Shown here in pieces: positions 30,161-39,683 of a stretch of 64,000 nt of DNA. How positions within the stretch are numbered: the first letter of the stretch is position 1; each line of letters opens with the position of its first letter. Both the position numbers and the translations under genes were made by a program. The notes beneath the pieces are model-generated. The model ran no database searches. It was given only the letters and a program-made list of their open reading frames with translations, and was not told the DNA's origin. Location of the stretch: the IMG/VR virus record IMGVR_UViG_3300027659_000028, one strand, 5' to 3'. The stretch is from an uncultured virus (IMG/VR IMGVR_UViG_3300027659_000028) (taxonomy: Duplodnaviria; Heunggongvirae; Uroviricota; Caudoviricetes).

Positions 30161-30769
30161 ATGTCCAAATCCAACATCAAACTGCAAGAAATCCAGTCGA
30201 ACCTCAACGCTCCCAAGACGTTGGAAAACAAGTTCGGCGGATACAAATACCGGTCCGCCGAATCCATCCTCGAAGCGCTCAAGCCACACCTTGAAAAACA
30301 CCAAGCCACCCTCACTCTCAGTGACGAGATTGTGGAAGTGGGCGGACGTGTCTACGTCAAAGCCACCGCTACGTTCAGGACTGATGACCAGATCATCTCC
30401 ACCACCGCGTTCGCTCGCGAAGCCGAAAGCAAAAAAGGTATGGACGACGCGCAGGTGACCGGAGCCTGTTCATCTTACGCCCGTAAATACGCTCTCAACG
30501 GCTTGTTCTGCATTGACGACACCAAGGATGCAGACGCCACTGAAACCCACGGCAAGACGGAGCCGGTTTCCAAGCCCGCTCCGACCGCAGCCGCCAAGCC
30601 CACACCCAAGCCAGCCGATGACATGGTCAATACCATCGTCACCGTAATGCGCGCGCAAACCACTCTCAGCGATCTTGAGGCCAAGATGGACAAAGCCAAA
30701 GGGACTCCCTACGGCACCAATCCGCTGATCCTCGCCGCCTACACCGAAACCAAAAACAACATAAAGTAA
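30161..30769 (+). CDS. erf: ERF-family ssDNA annealing protein
   Basis: GGYKYRSAESILEALKP...GACSSYARKYALNGLFCIDD signature. Confidence 0.9.
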   Translation: MSKSNIKLQEIQSNLNAPKTLENKFGGYKYRSAESILEALKPHLEKHQATLTLSDEIVEVGGRVYVKATATFRTDDQIISTTAFAREAESKKGMDDAQVTGACSSYARKYALNGLFCIDDTKDADATETHGKTEPVSKPAPTAAAKPTPKPADDMVNTIVTVMRAQTTLSDLEAKMDKAKGTPYGTNPLILAAYTETKNNIK

Positions 30770-31053
30770 TGTCACAGACATATGAAATCAAAGGAGCCGT
30801 CAAATTTGTCGGCGAAATGGAAACCCTCGGAGCCAAAGGCTTCACCAAACGCGAGCTCATCGTCACCACCCCCGACGAGAAATACCCGCAAGACCTCAAG
30901 ATCGAGTTTGTCAAAGACAACTGCTCGAAGCTCGACGACATCAGCGTTGGCGACGAAGTCACAGTGGGTGTCAATCTCCGTGGCAGCGAATACAACGGCA
31001 AGTATTACGTCAGCCTGACCGGCTGGAAAATCGACAAGGGCGAACCTTTCTAA
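30769..31053 (+). CDS. DUF3127-family OB-fold (SSB-like) protein
   Basis: GFTKRELIV...KYPQDLKIEFVKD...NLRGSEYNGKYY. Confidence 0.85.
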   Translation: MSQTYEIKGAVKFVGEMETLGAKGFTKRELIVTTPDEKYPQDLKIEFVKDNCSKLDDISVGDEVTVGVNLRGSEYNGKYYVSLTGWKIDKGEPF

Positions 31054-31056
31054 GTC

Positions 31057-31527
31057 ATGGCAACACTCCATCAAGTCAGCACGGCCAAGGATGGAGAAAG
31101 CTTCACCGCCATCGGCGTTGTGGTTGTTCACAAGCAGTTCAACCCCAAGGTAGCGAAAAACGGCAAGCTGTTTTCCAGCGTCATCCTCAAGAGCGCGGGC
31201 ACAGAAGTGTTCATGACCTTGTGGGAGGACGCTGCGAAATGGAAGCTTCCGATCAACACCGACATGATCCTGCGTGGCAAGTTCACAAAGAATCAATACA
31301 ACGGCGCGGCCAGCCTCAAATGCGAGGAACTGGCCGTGCCGGAAAACGCAACGGAGTTCAAGCAAGATGAAATCCAAGGCGAGCCTGAAAAGCCAAAGAT
31401 GAAGGACTGCCTCGACGCGGGTCTCAGAGCGGCGGACTACATGGTCCGCAAGGAACGTCCTGACCTCGCGTCAGCCGCCTTCACCTTCGCCGCCAACGCC
31501 TTCATGCAGGGCGTCCGCATGGAATAA
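31057..31527 (+). CDS. OB-fold protein
   Basis: KNGKLFSSVILKSAGTEVFMTLWE...NQYNG OB-fold-like pattern. Confidence 0.55.
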   Translation: MATLHQVSTAKDGESFTAIGVVVVHKQFNPKVAKNGKLFSSVILKSAGTEVFMTLWEDAAKWKLPINTDMILRGKFTKNQYNGAASLKCEELAVPENATEFKQDEIQGEPEKPKMKDCLDAGLRAADYMVRKERPDLASAAFTFAANAFMQGVRME

Positions 31528-31531
31528 TTCT

Positions 31532-31880
31532 CCGCCCCCGGCGTTAACCGGTTGGGGGACAGATCCGGGGAAACACGGTTGACACATCGGAAAGACGGTG
31601 CCTTACGCATGAACTTTGGTCAGTAGTTGTATAGCTAAATCCCAAACCATGGAACCGTCAGTAGCGTCAAGCTGACACCGGATACGGTAACCGGACTCTT
31701 TTGAGCATGAGAAGCGCCTCGGCGTTAAGCGTAGAAAGCCGCCTCGCGAACGGCCATGCTCACCCACTCTCCGGCGCGTGTGCGCAGAACCCATTCCAAT
31801 CCTGTGGAACCGATAGCTAAGGGGCTTGCAGGATCACCGGGAATGTTCGTTCAAATGTCGGGAAACCGAGCGCGTCGGAC
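31532..31880 (+). ncRNA. candidate structured non-coding RNA(s)
   Basis: about 350 nt intergenic, nested stems (gagcatg/catgctc; tccggcgcg/cgcgtcgga; atcctg/caggat). Confidence 0.5.
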
Positions 31881-33559
31881 CTCTTTCTTTAGCCTGACTA
31901 AAACCAATGAACACCCGCACCATCTACCTCATCTACGTCCGTCCCACAGGGTCGGAAACATGGACCCAGCACATGAAAGAATCGGGCGTCCCGTGGCGCT
32001 CCAGCAAACCGTCCACCGCCGACGAATACGCCGTCACCCTTGCCAACAGCAGCAAGTATTGCACCAAGGTGGTGGCAGTGAAGCTGCCGAAAGACCCGGA
32101 CGACATCGACCATCCGAAATACGCAGTGCTCTCGGACGGAGACACTCTCTACGTCGCCAACCCGTTCTAGGTCATGACCTTTCTCGTCGATCCCGAGTCT
32201 GGCAACCGCAATGGTGACAACCTCACCTATTGTGAAGACGATGAATACGACGAGAACGCCTGCTTCAACTGGGTGAACCACCCGGTGAGACAACTCTACG
32301 ACAATCCCAAAACCCAATCCCATCCATCCAACTCCTACGACCATGAAGATTCACCGTGGATTCCCTCCGAAACTGGATTGGATCAAAATCGAAGAAGCCG
32401 GAAAAATGATCAACATGACCACTCACGGCCACAGAATCAGCCTTGCACTCTCGAAGAATGGAAAGCAGCAACTGGTCGGATGGTTTGATTTCAAGACCAT
32501 TTACGACGCGCTAATGACCATTGATCCAAACCAATCAAAATACTGATGAAAAACTGGAGAGAACAAACCAAGCTTGAAATCCAATCGCTTCACCAGCAGT
32601 TGATCCAAGCTCAAAAAGACCGCGACTCAACATGGGTTGAGCATCTCAGGAATCAAATTTCAATGCTTCGAGCAATGCTTGAAGAAAACTCATGAAAACA
32701 CCACTCGCTGAAATCACCGTCAAGTGCTCTGAATGTGGAGAAGAAACCCGCGCCGACGACGTAAACGCCGACAACGTGCGTTACCACACTGGAAATGGCC
32801 ACATGGTTCGGTTCCCGTCAATCGGCCTTGGTCCGGCAGACATCACCAAATTGAACGCAATGTATTTGCTTTGTGAATGTTGTCAGGAAGAAGCGGAGGA
32901 AAACTCATGAACACCTCATCCAAACCCCATCCTTTATGTGACATGGAAAAACCGTGGGGTGTCATCCGTTTCATCCACAAAGGTTCCGAACGGGAGTTTT
33001 ACACCATGATCAACACAATGACAGGCGACAGGATGACCGCTTTTGACAACGACCCTCCAAGCATCAACGATCCCGTGAAATGGATCAAATCGGTTTTCCG
33101 CGACATCCACAAAAGATCCGACAAGGTATTGAACCAACAAGGAACAAAACACTTCAAATGAAAAACCACATGCTCGATGTCGCGTTCATCGTTGAGGGAC
33201 CATGGGATGAAATAGAAGACATCCCCGTTGAACACCTCCTTCTCGGAATGCAAGAACGGCTGTCCTACCTAATGAGAGCCCATTTACTCAAAACCGAAGA
33301 CATCACCGAAGCTTTTGGCTGGTGCGACTCTTACGACGTATGAACACCATCCTTGAAGAAGTATTCCTCCATTCCGACGTGCGGGGCGGCTATTCCGTCG
33401 GCTTCCAGACATACGGCGCTGGAGACGTCGGAGACAGGATTGGCTACATAGTGAAGCACCAACATCTAGGACACGTCCTAGGCGTCACGGAGGGACTCAA
33501 TACGCCGTATCTCTCGCCTTCGCACTTGAAGACCATCGCCAAGCGGCTACAAACCCTCA

Positions 33560-33652
33560 ATGAGCGCCAAGAAAAAGCCCGTCAAACGCCGAACTGACAT
33601 CACCCGTCCTCGAAACGGTGGACAATGGTCAGAAGCGATAATACAGGCTTGA
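33560..33652 (+). pseudogene. orphaned 5' fragment of the HNH nuclease gene at 34114-34581
   Basis: MSAKKKPVKRRTDITRPRNGGQWSEA...; RPRNGGQWSEA duplicates RPYNGGQWTRA at 34201. Confidence 0.7.
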
Positions 33653-33683
33653 CTGGAGCGAAGCTGTTCTTTACATCATTCAA

Positions 33684-34211
33684 ATGATCACCAATGAAAT
33701 CGCATCCATTTATTTCTCATACAATCCGGAATCAGGAGTGATTACAAGGATTGCTCCAACGATCCGGAAAAATGGAAGGTCTCATTCACAAGGAATAGGA
33801 CAGCCATGCGAAGCCATAATGAATAATGGATATTTATACACATCCATATCCCATGAAGGGAGAAAATGGAGAATCCTTGCTCATCGTTTAGCGTGGTTAC
33901 TCCATTATGGAGTTCATCCTGAAAATCAAGTTGATCACATCAACGGAAAACGCGACGATAATAGAGTCTCAAACTTAAGAGCCGCAACCAACAGAGAAAA
34001 TCAATGCAATCGGCACAAAAAAGTAGGCATGAGTAAAGATTTGCCAATCGGAGTCTACAGAATCACTCGAAAAGGAAGACCCGGAATCTGGTATGCAGTT
34101 CACCTAGAAATCAATGGACAAAGAAAAAGCACTTCAAAAAGATGCCTCCAAGCCGCGATTGAAACACGCAAAGACTGGGAAAAGAAATACTTCAATCGAG
34201 AGGCCGTATAA
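33684..34211 (+). CDS. HNH homing endonuclease
   Basis: LAHRLAW...VDHINGKRDDNRVSNLR...N motif, AP2-like C-terminus, AT-richer than flanks. Confidence 0.9.
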   Translation: MITNEIASIYFSYNPESGVITRIAPTIRKNGRSHSQGIGQPCEAIMNNGYLYTSISHEGRKWRILAHRLAWLLHYGVHPENQVDHINGKRDDNRVSNLRAATNRENQCNRHKKVGMSKDLPIGVYRITRKGRPGIWYAVHLEINGQRKSTSKRCLQAAIETRKDWEKKYFNREAV

Positions 34212-34581
34212 TGGAGGACAATGGACTCGCGCCAGAATGACCTCCTTCATTAAAAGCGCCTTGCGAGGAGCCCGCTGGCCACAAAAATACGAGTGCATCA
34301 AGGCGGCGTTCGTCGAACACGGGATCAATCCGGCCACCGGCCACAAGTGCAAGCTGCACAAATGCCCAGAATGCCAAGGGTTGTTCCCGCAAAACATGAT
34401 GCACGCCGACCACATTGTTCCCGTCGTTGGACCGGAAGGTTTCAAAACATGGGACCTGTTCATCGAGCGGTTGTTTTGCGAAGCAGACGGCTTCCGCGCC
34501 CTCTGCAAACCCTGTCACAACCTCCAAACCTCAAAGGAACGCGCCGGACGCACCTTCGAAAAGCTCCTCTTTCCCCTTTAG
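34114..34581 (+). CDS. phage HNH/Zn-finger endonuclease (start uncertain)
   Basis: NGGQWT..R..FIKSALR...CPEC...DHIVPV...RLFCE...LCKPCH. Confidence 0.8.
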   Translation: MDKEKALQKDASKPRLKHAKTGKRNTSIERPYNGGQWTRARMTSFIKSALRGARWPQKYECIKAAFVEHGINPATGHKCKLHKCPECQGLFPQNMMHADHIVPVVGPEGFKTWDLFIERLFCEADGFRALCKPCHNLQTSKERAGRTFEKLLFPL

Positions 34582-34659
34582 CCCGGCTAAAGCCTTTCGG
34601 GCTTGGAACCATTTTGTATTCTCAGAACACCAACCAACAACCAATAGAAGACCAACAAT

Positions 34660-35667
34660 ATGCCAGCAGGAATCACTGAAAGAGACAAACAAGTGGGAAA
34701 GAGCCAAGCATGGCACGGACTCACCATCATCGAAGACGGACCGATCACCCGTGAGATCGCTCATCCGTTCGAAATCATCGAGTCTCCCATCTACTACAAG
34801 ACCACGGCCACCGACGTGTTCGGGATCAACCACGACACCTTCATTGAAAGCCCCACTTTCAAGCAGTTGCTCGCCTCCGACGACTTTTTGCCGGTTGGAG
34901 ACCCTTATGCCGATTCATACAACCCGTCCTCCATCGCGACGTTCTGGGAAATCCTTCGCAAAGGCTTGGGCGACACGCCATACGAAGTGGTGTCGGCAGG
35001 CACGGTTGACAACCGCTGCAAGGTGTTCGCCTCCATCAAGGTGAGCGACGGCTTCCGCATCGGCGACCGAGAGTTCAAGGACTTCATCACCCTGCTCGAC
35101 TCCTACGACAAGAGCACCAGCCTGCAAGCCCGCTACAGCAACGTCTGCGTGGTCTGCGCCAACACCTTCGCCGCCGTGATGAACGACGGCAACACCATCG
35201 GCAAAGCCAAGCACACAGCGATGATCGAGATGAACATCGGACGCCTCATCGACGCCATCGACGCGTTCGTCGGCACCAGCGCCGCCTTCCAAGCGATGCT
35301 CACCGAAGCCTACCTCAAGCCGTGCAGCCGCGACGAAGCCCGCGCATGGATTACGGGCATTGAAACCCGCAACTCCGACCGTATCACCAACGGCATGCTG
35401 CAGAAAACCGCCCGCATCGTCGAATTGTTCGACGCTGGCAAAGGCAACGAAGGCCGCAACCGTCTGGACGCGTTCTCCGCCATGACCGACTTCCACAGCA
35501 ACGAGTCGACCAACCGCAAAGGCCACAACGCCCAGTTCTACACCAGCGAGTTTGGTTCGTCCGCGCAGGTCAAGAGCATGGTAGCCCGCAGCTTCGCCAA
35601 CGAATGGGACGCCAACGTCCGTCGCGGCGAACGGATGCTGGACAAGGACGTCGCCCTCACCGCCTAA
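34660..35667 (+). CDS. DUF932-family phage/plasmid protein
   Basis: AWHGL, SAG...KVF, LLDSYD, VVCANT, KHT motifs. Confidence 0.85.
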   Translation: MPAGITERDKQVGKSQAWHGLTIIEDGPITREIAHPFEIIESPIYYKTTATDVFGINHDTFIESPTFKQLLASDDFLPVGDPYADSYNPSSIATFWEILRKGLGDTPYEVVSAGTVDNRCKVFASIKVSDGFRIGDREFKDFITLLDSYDKSTSLQARYSNVCVVCANTFAAVMNDGNTIGKAKHTAMIEMNIGRLIDAIDAFVGTSAAFQAMLTEAYLKPCSRDEARAWITGIETRNSDRITNGMLQKTARIVELFDAGKGNEGRNRLDAFSAMTDFHSNESTNRKGHNAQFYTSEFGSSAQVKSMVARSFANEWDANVRRGERMLDKDVALTA

Positions 35668-35671
35668 TCTT

Positions 35672-35983
35672 ATGAAAGCCACCATCAACTCACTCACCTA
35701 CAACACCGACACCGCTGACGAGATTGCCTCAGACAGTGGCGGCGGCTACTGCAATGACTTCCGTCACTGGGAAGAAACCCTCTACCGGACTCAAAAAGGA
35801 AACTACTTCCTGCATGGAACCGGTGGAGCAATGTCAAAATACGCTGAAAAATACGGAAACTCCTACGGCAGCGGCAGCGGCATCGTCCCGCTCGGCGAAA
35901 CAGAAGCCTTGGAGTGGTGCGAAGAGCACGACTGTCAGTTGACCATTGACGAACATTTCACCCATCTGACTGAAGAAGCATGA
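35672..35983 (+). CDS. conserved phage hypothetical protein
   Basis: YNTDTA...EETLYRTQKGNYFLHGTGG. Confidence 0.65.
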   Translation: MKATINSLTYNTDTADEIASDSGGGYCNDFRHWEETLYRTQKGNYFLHGTGGAMSKYAEKYGNSYGSGSGIVPLGETEALEWCEEHDCQLTIDEHFTHLTEEA

Positions 35984-36583
35984 ACAAACCAACCATACCA
36001 CCCTACGGATTCGGCGACGCTCTTCACCGGGTGCGTATGAAAATCATAGACTATCAGGACTGCTTCGATGAAAGCACCGAGCAATACCAACAAAACGAAA
36101 AGCTGCTAAAGATCATCGACGCCGCCTGCGCCCCCAAGGCCAAGGCTCCCCGAGGACTCATCGCGCTGGTCTTCATGGGAAATCCAGCAGACAACTTCTT
36201 CATTGAATACGCCCCGGAAGATCATCCCGAAAAATGGATTGGGCGTTTCGTCAACAGCGTCGAAGAGGTTGAATTTGTCGAAGTGTTCCAACGCGGCGAG
36301 CCCCACGCCTACTGGTCCAACCCCAACTCCAACCCTGAATCATGAAGAAATACGAAGCCGTAAGGCACGCCGAAGACTGTGTCACCCTGCTTTCCGACCG
36401 CAAGGAAGGGGGCTGGGGGTTTAGGTTCAGGGAGACGCCCGAATCGCCGTGGCACACTTCTCCGGGGTTTCCACGAGTGGAGGCGCTGCAAGTGCGGCGC
36501 GAGCACCTGATCCGCCATGCAAGACGCCTCCTTGGCAAGTCCGAGGAGTATAAGGAAAGAAAGAAAGACTGGACCTCCCACCT

Positions 36584-36853
36584 ATGAACACTCACACCCC
36601 CGGACCTTGGATTCGCAAGGGAGACTGGATTCACGGAACGCCAGAAAGCGGAGCCTCACAGGGGATCGCGCAGATTTTGGGAAACTGCGGATGCACTGAG
36701 ACAACCGAAGCTAACGCCCGCCTGATCGCCGCCGCACCCGAAATGCTCAGCTATCTTCAGTGGATAGAACGAGTAGCCCATGATTCCAAAAAATGGGCTT
36801 TACGGAATCTGGCTCGCGAAGCCATCGCCAAAGCCACCGGACAAACTCCTTGA
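36584..36853 (+). CDS. conserved phage hypothetical protein
   Basis: HTPGPW...EANARLIAAAPEML. Confidence 0.7.
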   Translation: MNTHTPGPWIRKGDWIHGTPESGASQGIAQILGNCGCTETTEANARLIAAAPEMLSYLQWIERVAHDSKKWALRNLAREAIAKATGQTP

Positions 36854-36886
36854 CACCTGTTCACCCTTTAGCCTGACTAAACACTC

Positions 36887-38002
36887 ATGACCACACCACA
36901 CACCGTCTATTACAACGAAGCCCCCGTCGACCAGTCCGACTACCCCTCCCTCGCCGAGAAGTTCAAAATCCCCTATGAAGTGGTGTTTCGCTGCGTCGAA
37001 GCGCTGGAAAAAACCGGAGACATTCCAGTGATGGCCTTTTCAGGTCCCACCAGAGAGCGCGTGAAGGCTTTGGCGTTGTCTTTGAGCACTGAGTCGCCGA
37101 AAGTCGCGCAAGACGCGCCACAAGAGCCAGCGGAAGCCCTTGCGGAGCCACCTGTGGAGATTGTCTACAACTCTACCATGGAAGACACAATTTTCGAGGA
37201 ATCCGAAGCCGCCCAAGCAGTTTCCCTCATCCCTTCACGCGACGATGACAACGAGTTCGACCCGGAAGAAACCACCGAGCGCGACGAGATTGTCGAGCAT
37301 GCGGCCCACGGCCTAATGGCGGCGTTCTCCGATTCCGACGGTTGTTTCATCATTTCTGATGATGGCTGTTGCCGGATCAATCCTGACAAGCCGCCAACGC
37401 TCCAACACTCACTGGTCGTTGTCGCCAACGTCCTCAAACTGAAAGACCTTGGCACCGCAGTGGATGACAAAAGCTCGTGGATGCTCGGCTCGATCATTTC
37501 CTCGCTGGAAGAGTTTCACGGTGAAAACTTCTCAGTGTCGCAGGTGTGCGACTCCACCACCAAAGCTTACAACACGGTTGTCACTGCCGTCGGTGTGTTC
37601 AACGCGTTCAAGCTGAAGCGTTACAAGCTGTCGTTCTCGTCGCACAAGGAAGCCCACTACGCCAAAATCCCCGACTCCCACAAAAAGCTCATCCTCCACA
37701 AAGCGGAAACCTACAAAGTGGGGCCAAAGTCGATCCGGGCGCTGTGCTCCATCGCCAAAACCATGGAGGACGACACCACCATCCGCAACATCCGCAGCCA
37801 AAAGCAAGCGCTCGACCTCATCGCCGCCTACAAAGAAGCCAAAGTCACCTACATCGTCTATGACGAAGGCGAATGGACGCGGGTGAACGGACTGGCCGGT
37901 GAGCCACCTGAAGGCAAGATTGTTCTCAACACCAAAGAGTGGACCGCGCAGGCCGGAAACCAAATCCTTCCCATCGCCAAGCGCAGCACCCTCAAGTCAT
38001 GA
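36887..38002 (+). CDS. hypothetical protein
   Basis: 371 aa; palindrome 5 nt upstream of ATG. Confidence 0.7.
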   Translation: MTTPHTVYYNEAPVDQSDYPSLAEKFKIPYEVVFRCVEALEKTGDIPVMAFSGPTRERVKALALSLSTESPKVAQDAPQEPAEALAEPPVEIVYNSTMEDTIFEESEAAQAVSLIPSRDDDNEFDPEETTERDEIVEHAAHGLMAAFSDSDGCFIISDDGCCRINPDKPPTLQHSLVVVANVLKLKDLGTAVDDKSSWMLGSIISSLEEFHGENFSVSQVCDSTTKAYNTVVTAVGVFNAFKLKRYKLSFSSHKEAHYAKIPDSHKKLILHKAETYKVGPKSIRALCSIAKTMEDDTTIRNIRSQKQALDLIAAYKEAKVTYIVYDEGEWTRVNGLAGEPPEGKIVLNTKEWTAQAGNQILPIAKRSTLKS

Positions 38003-38355
38003 CCGAACCCCTCATCCCCCCCGAAAAAGACATCACTCCGCTGGTCAAATACTTCAAGAAAACCAACGAAGTAACCGGAGCCATTCAGAAAGACATCAGC
38101 ATCGCCCTGCTTCGCGACCCCGCCATGCAGAAAAAAGTGTCGGACCAGTTGAAGATGTCGGAAAACGACGCGCAGCTGGAAACCGACAAGGTAGTGAAAG
38201 CGTTCATCGACGAAATGCCGAAAGCAACGCTAAACGGATACAACCTGTTCAGCAAGGTGTTCGCCATGCACGCCAACATTACAGGCGATCCGACCATGCA
38301 CGACGTCTTTGACGAGGTGAACCAACAGGTGTTCGCTGAGATGAAAGACTACTGA
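37999..38355 (+). CDS. hypothetical protein
   Basis: ATGA-coupled, 118 aa. Confidence 0.6.
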   Translation: MTEPLIPPEKDITPLVKYFKKTNEVTGAIQKDISIALLRDPAMQKKVSDQLKMSENDAQLETDKVVKAFIDEMPKATLNGYNLFSKVFAMHANITGDPTMHDVFDEVNQQVFAEMKDY

Positions 38356-38424
38356 ACAACCAGCTCACGGACGCCTGAGCGTTCCGTGCAGCGTTCTGTT
38401 CAAAACTTTAGCCTGACTAAACCT

Positions 38425-39042
38425 ATGGAAACCATGACAGACACACCAGAAACAGACCAAGCCGAGTGCGAGTCAATAGCGGCATACATCGAGAGCTACG
38501 GGCCGGACGCCGTGTTCCCGTGCGACGGCTACGACCACGCCCGCAAGCTGGAACGCGAGCGGGACGAGGCGCGGGAACACGTTGCCAACTTGGAAGTATC
38601 TCTGACCGCTGCGATCCGTTCGGCAAACATGTGCCAAGATGAAGCCGAGAAAGCGACCGCTGGGAAAGAAAGACTGGAACGCGAGCGCGATGATGCACGG
38701 TCGGATTTAGAATTTCGGCGTGACCTCTATAAGCTCCAGTCTGAGCGTTTAGAAGGAATCGAACGCGAGCTCGGCATCTCGACACGAACGCTCGGCGAAG
38801 TCAGGGAGATACTGTGTGATGCCCTGCCGAACGAGAATCAGTTGACGAGTTTCATGGCTGCTACGCTCGTCAAAGAGCGCGACGAGGCTTGGGTGCTTGC
38901 GGACAGGCTGGCTGCATTGCTGCAACGAACCCGCGACTACTGTGGAGGGCAAATAGTTGACCCAGAGTGCGGCTGCTTCGACTGCGAATACCTGCGTCCA
39001 ATTGACGAAGCACTCGCTGCATGGAAGGAGGCGCGGAAGTGA
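38425..39042 (+). CDS. coiled-coil protein with LERERDEAR repeats
   Basis: three ERERD(E/D)A repeats; palindrome 3 nt upstream. Confidence 0.65.
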   Translation: METMTDTPETDQAECESIAAYIESYGPDAVFPCDGYDHARKLERERDEAREHVANLEVSLTAAIRSANMCQDEAEKATAGKERLERERDDARSDLEFRRDLYKLQSERLEGIERELGISTRTLGEVREILCDALPNENQLTSFMAATLVKERDEAWVLADRLAALLQRTRDYCGGQIVDPECGCFDCEYLRPIDEALAAWKEARK

Positions 39043-39683
39043 ATCCTGAACAACAACGAATCGCCATCGCGGAGGCTTGCGGGTGGGTCCGTGAATACTC
39101 CGACGTCCCTACGTGGGATACCTCCCTCAACAGTTACAAACCCGTTCGCACCATGCTTTTCAGGCGGAAGGAAAAGTGCTTTCGTGCGGAGAACCTACCC
39201 AACTACCTCAACGACCTCAACGCCATGCACGAGGCTGAGCAGGTTATTCGTAAAAGTGCTGACCGCGTAGATTCCTACCTTGATCAACTTGACGGCGCAA
39301 TGAGCGGCGTTCACGCAACCGCAGCCCAACGCGCAGAAGCATTTTTGAAAACACTGAACCTATGGAAACCATAACTCCACTCACCGAATACACAAAGAAC
39401 CAATACCGGTTCAACCTCGTCCAGCGCAAAGCCAACTGCGCCATTTTCGCGGGAACCAAGCCCGGAGTCAGAGCCGTCAACTACGAGGTGGTCAGACTGC
39501 TTATCACCCCGTCAGGCTCCCGCGTCGTTCACAATCCCAAGACCAACACCGACACCCCAATCCACTGGGACGCCCATGAGCGCCTACCGGGCGACCGCGA
39601 ATGGGGAAAGAACGGCTTCACCTGCACCACCCTCGAAACCTCCATCGACAAACTCAACACCCTCATCCAACAATCACCCACAC

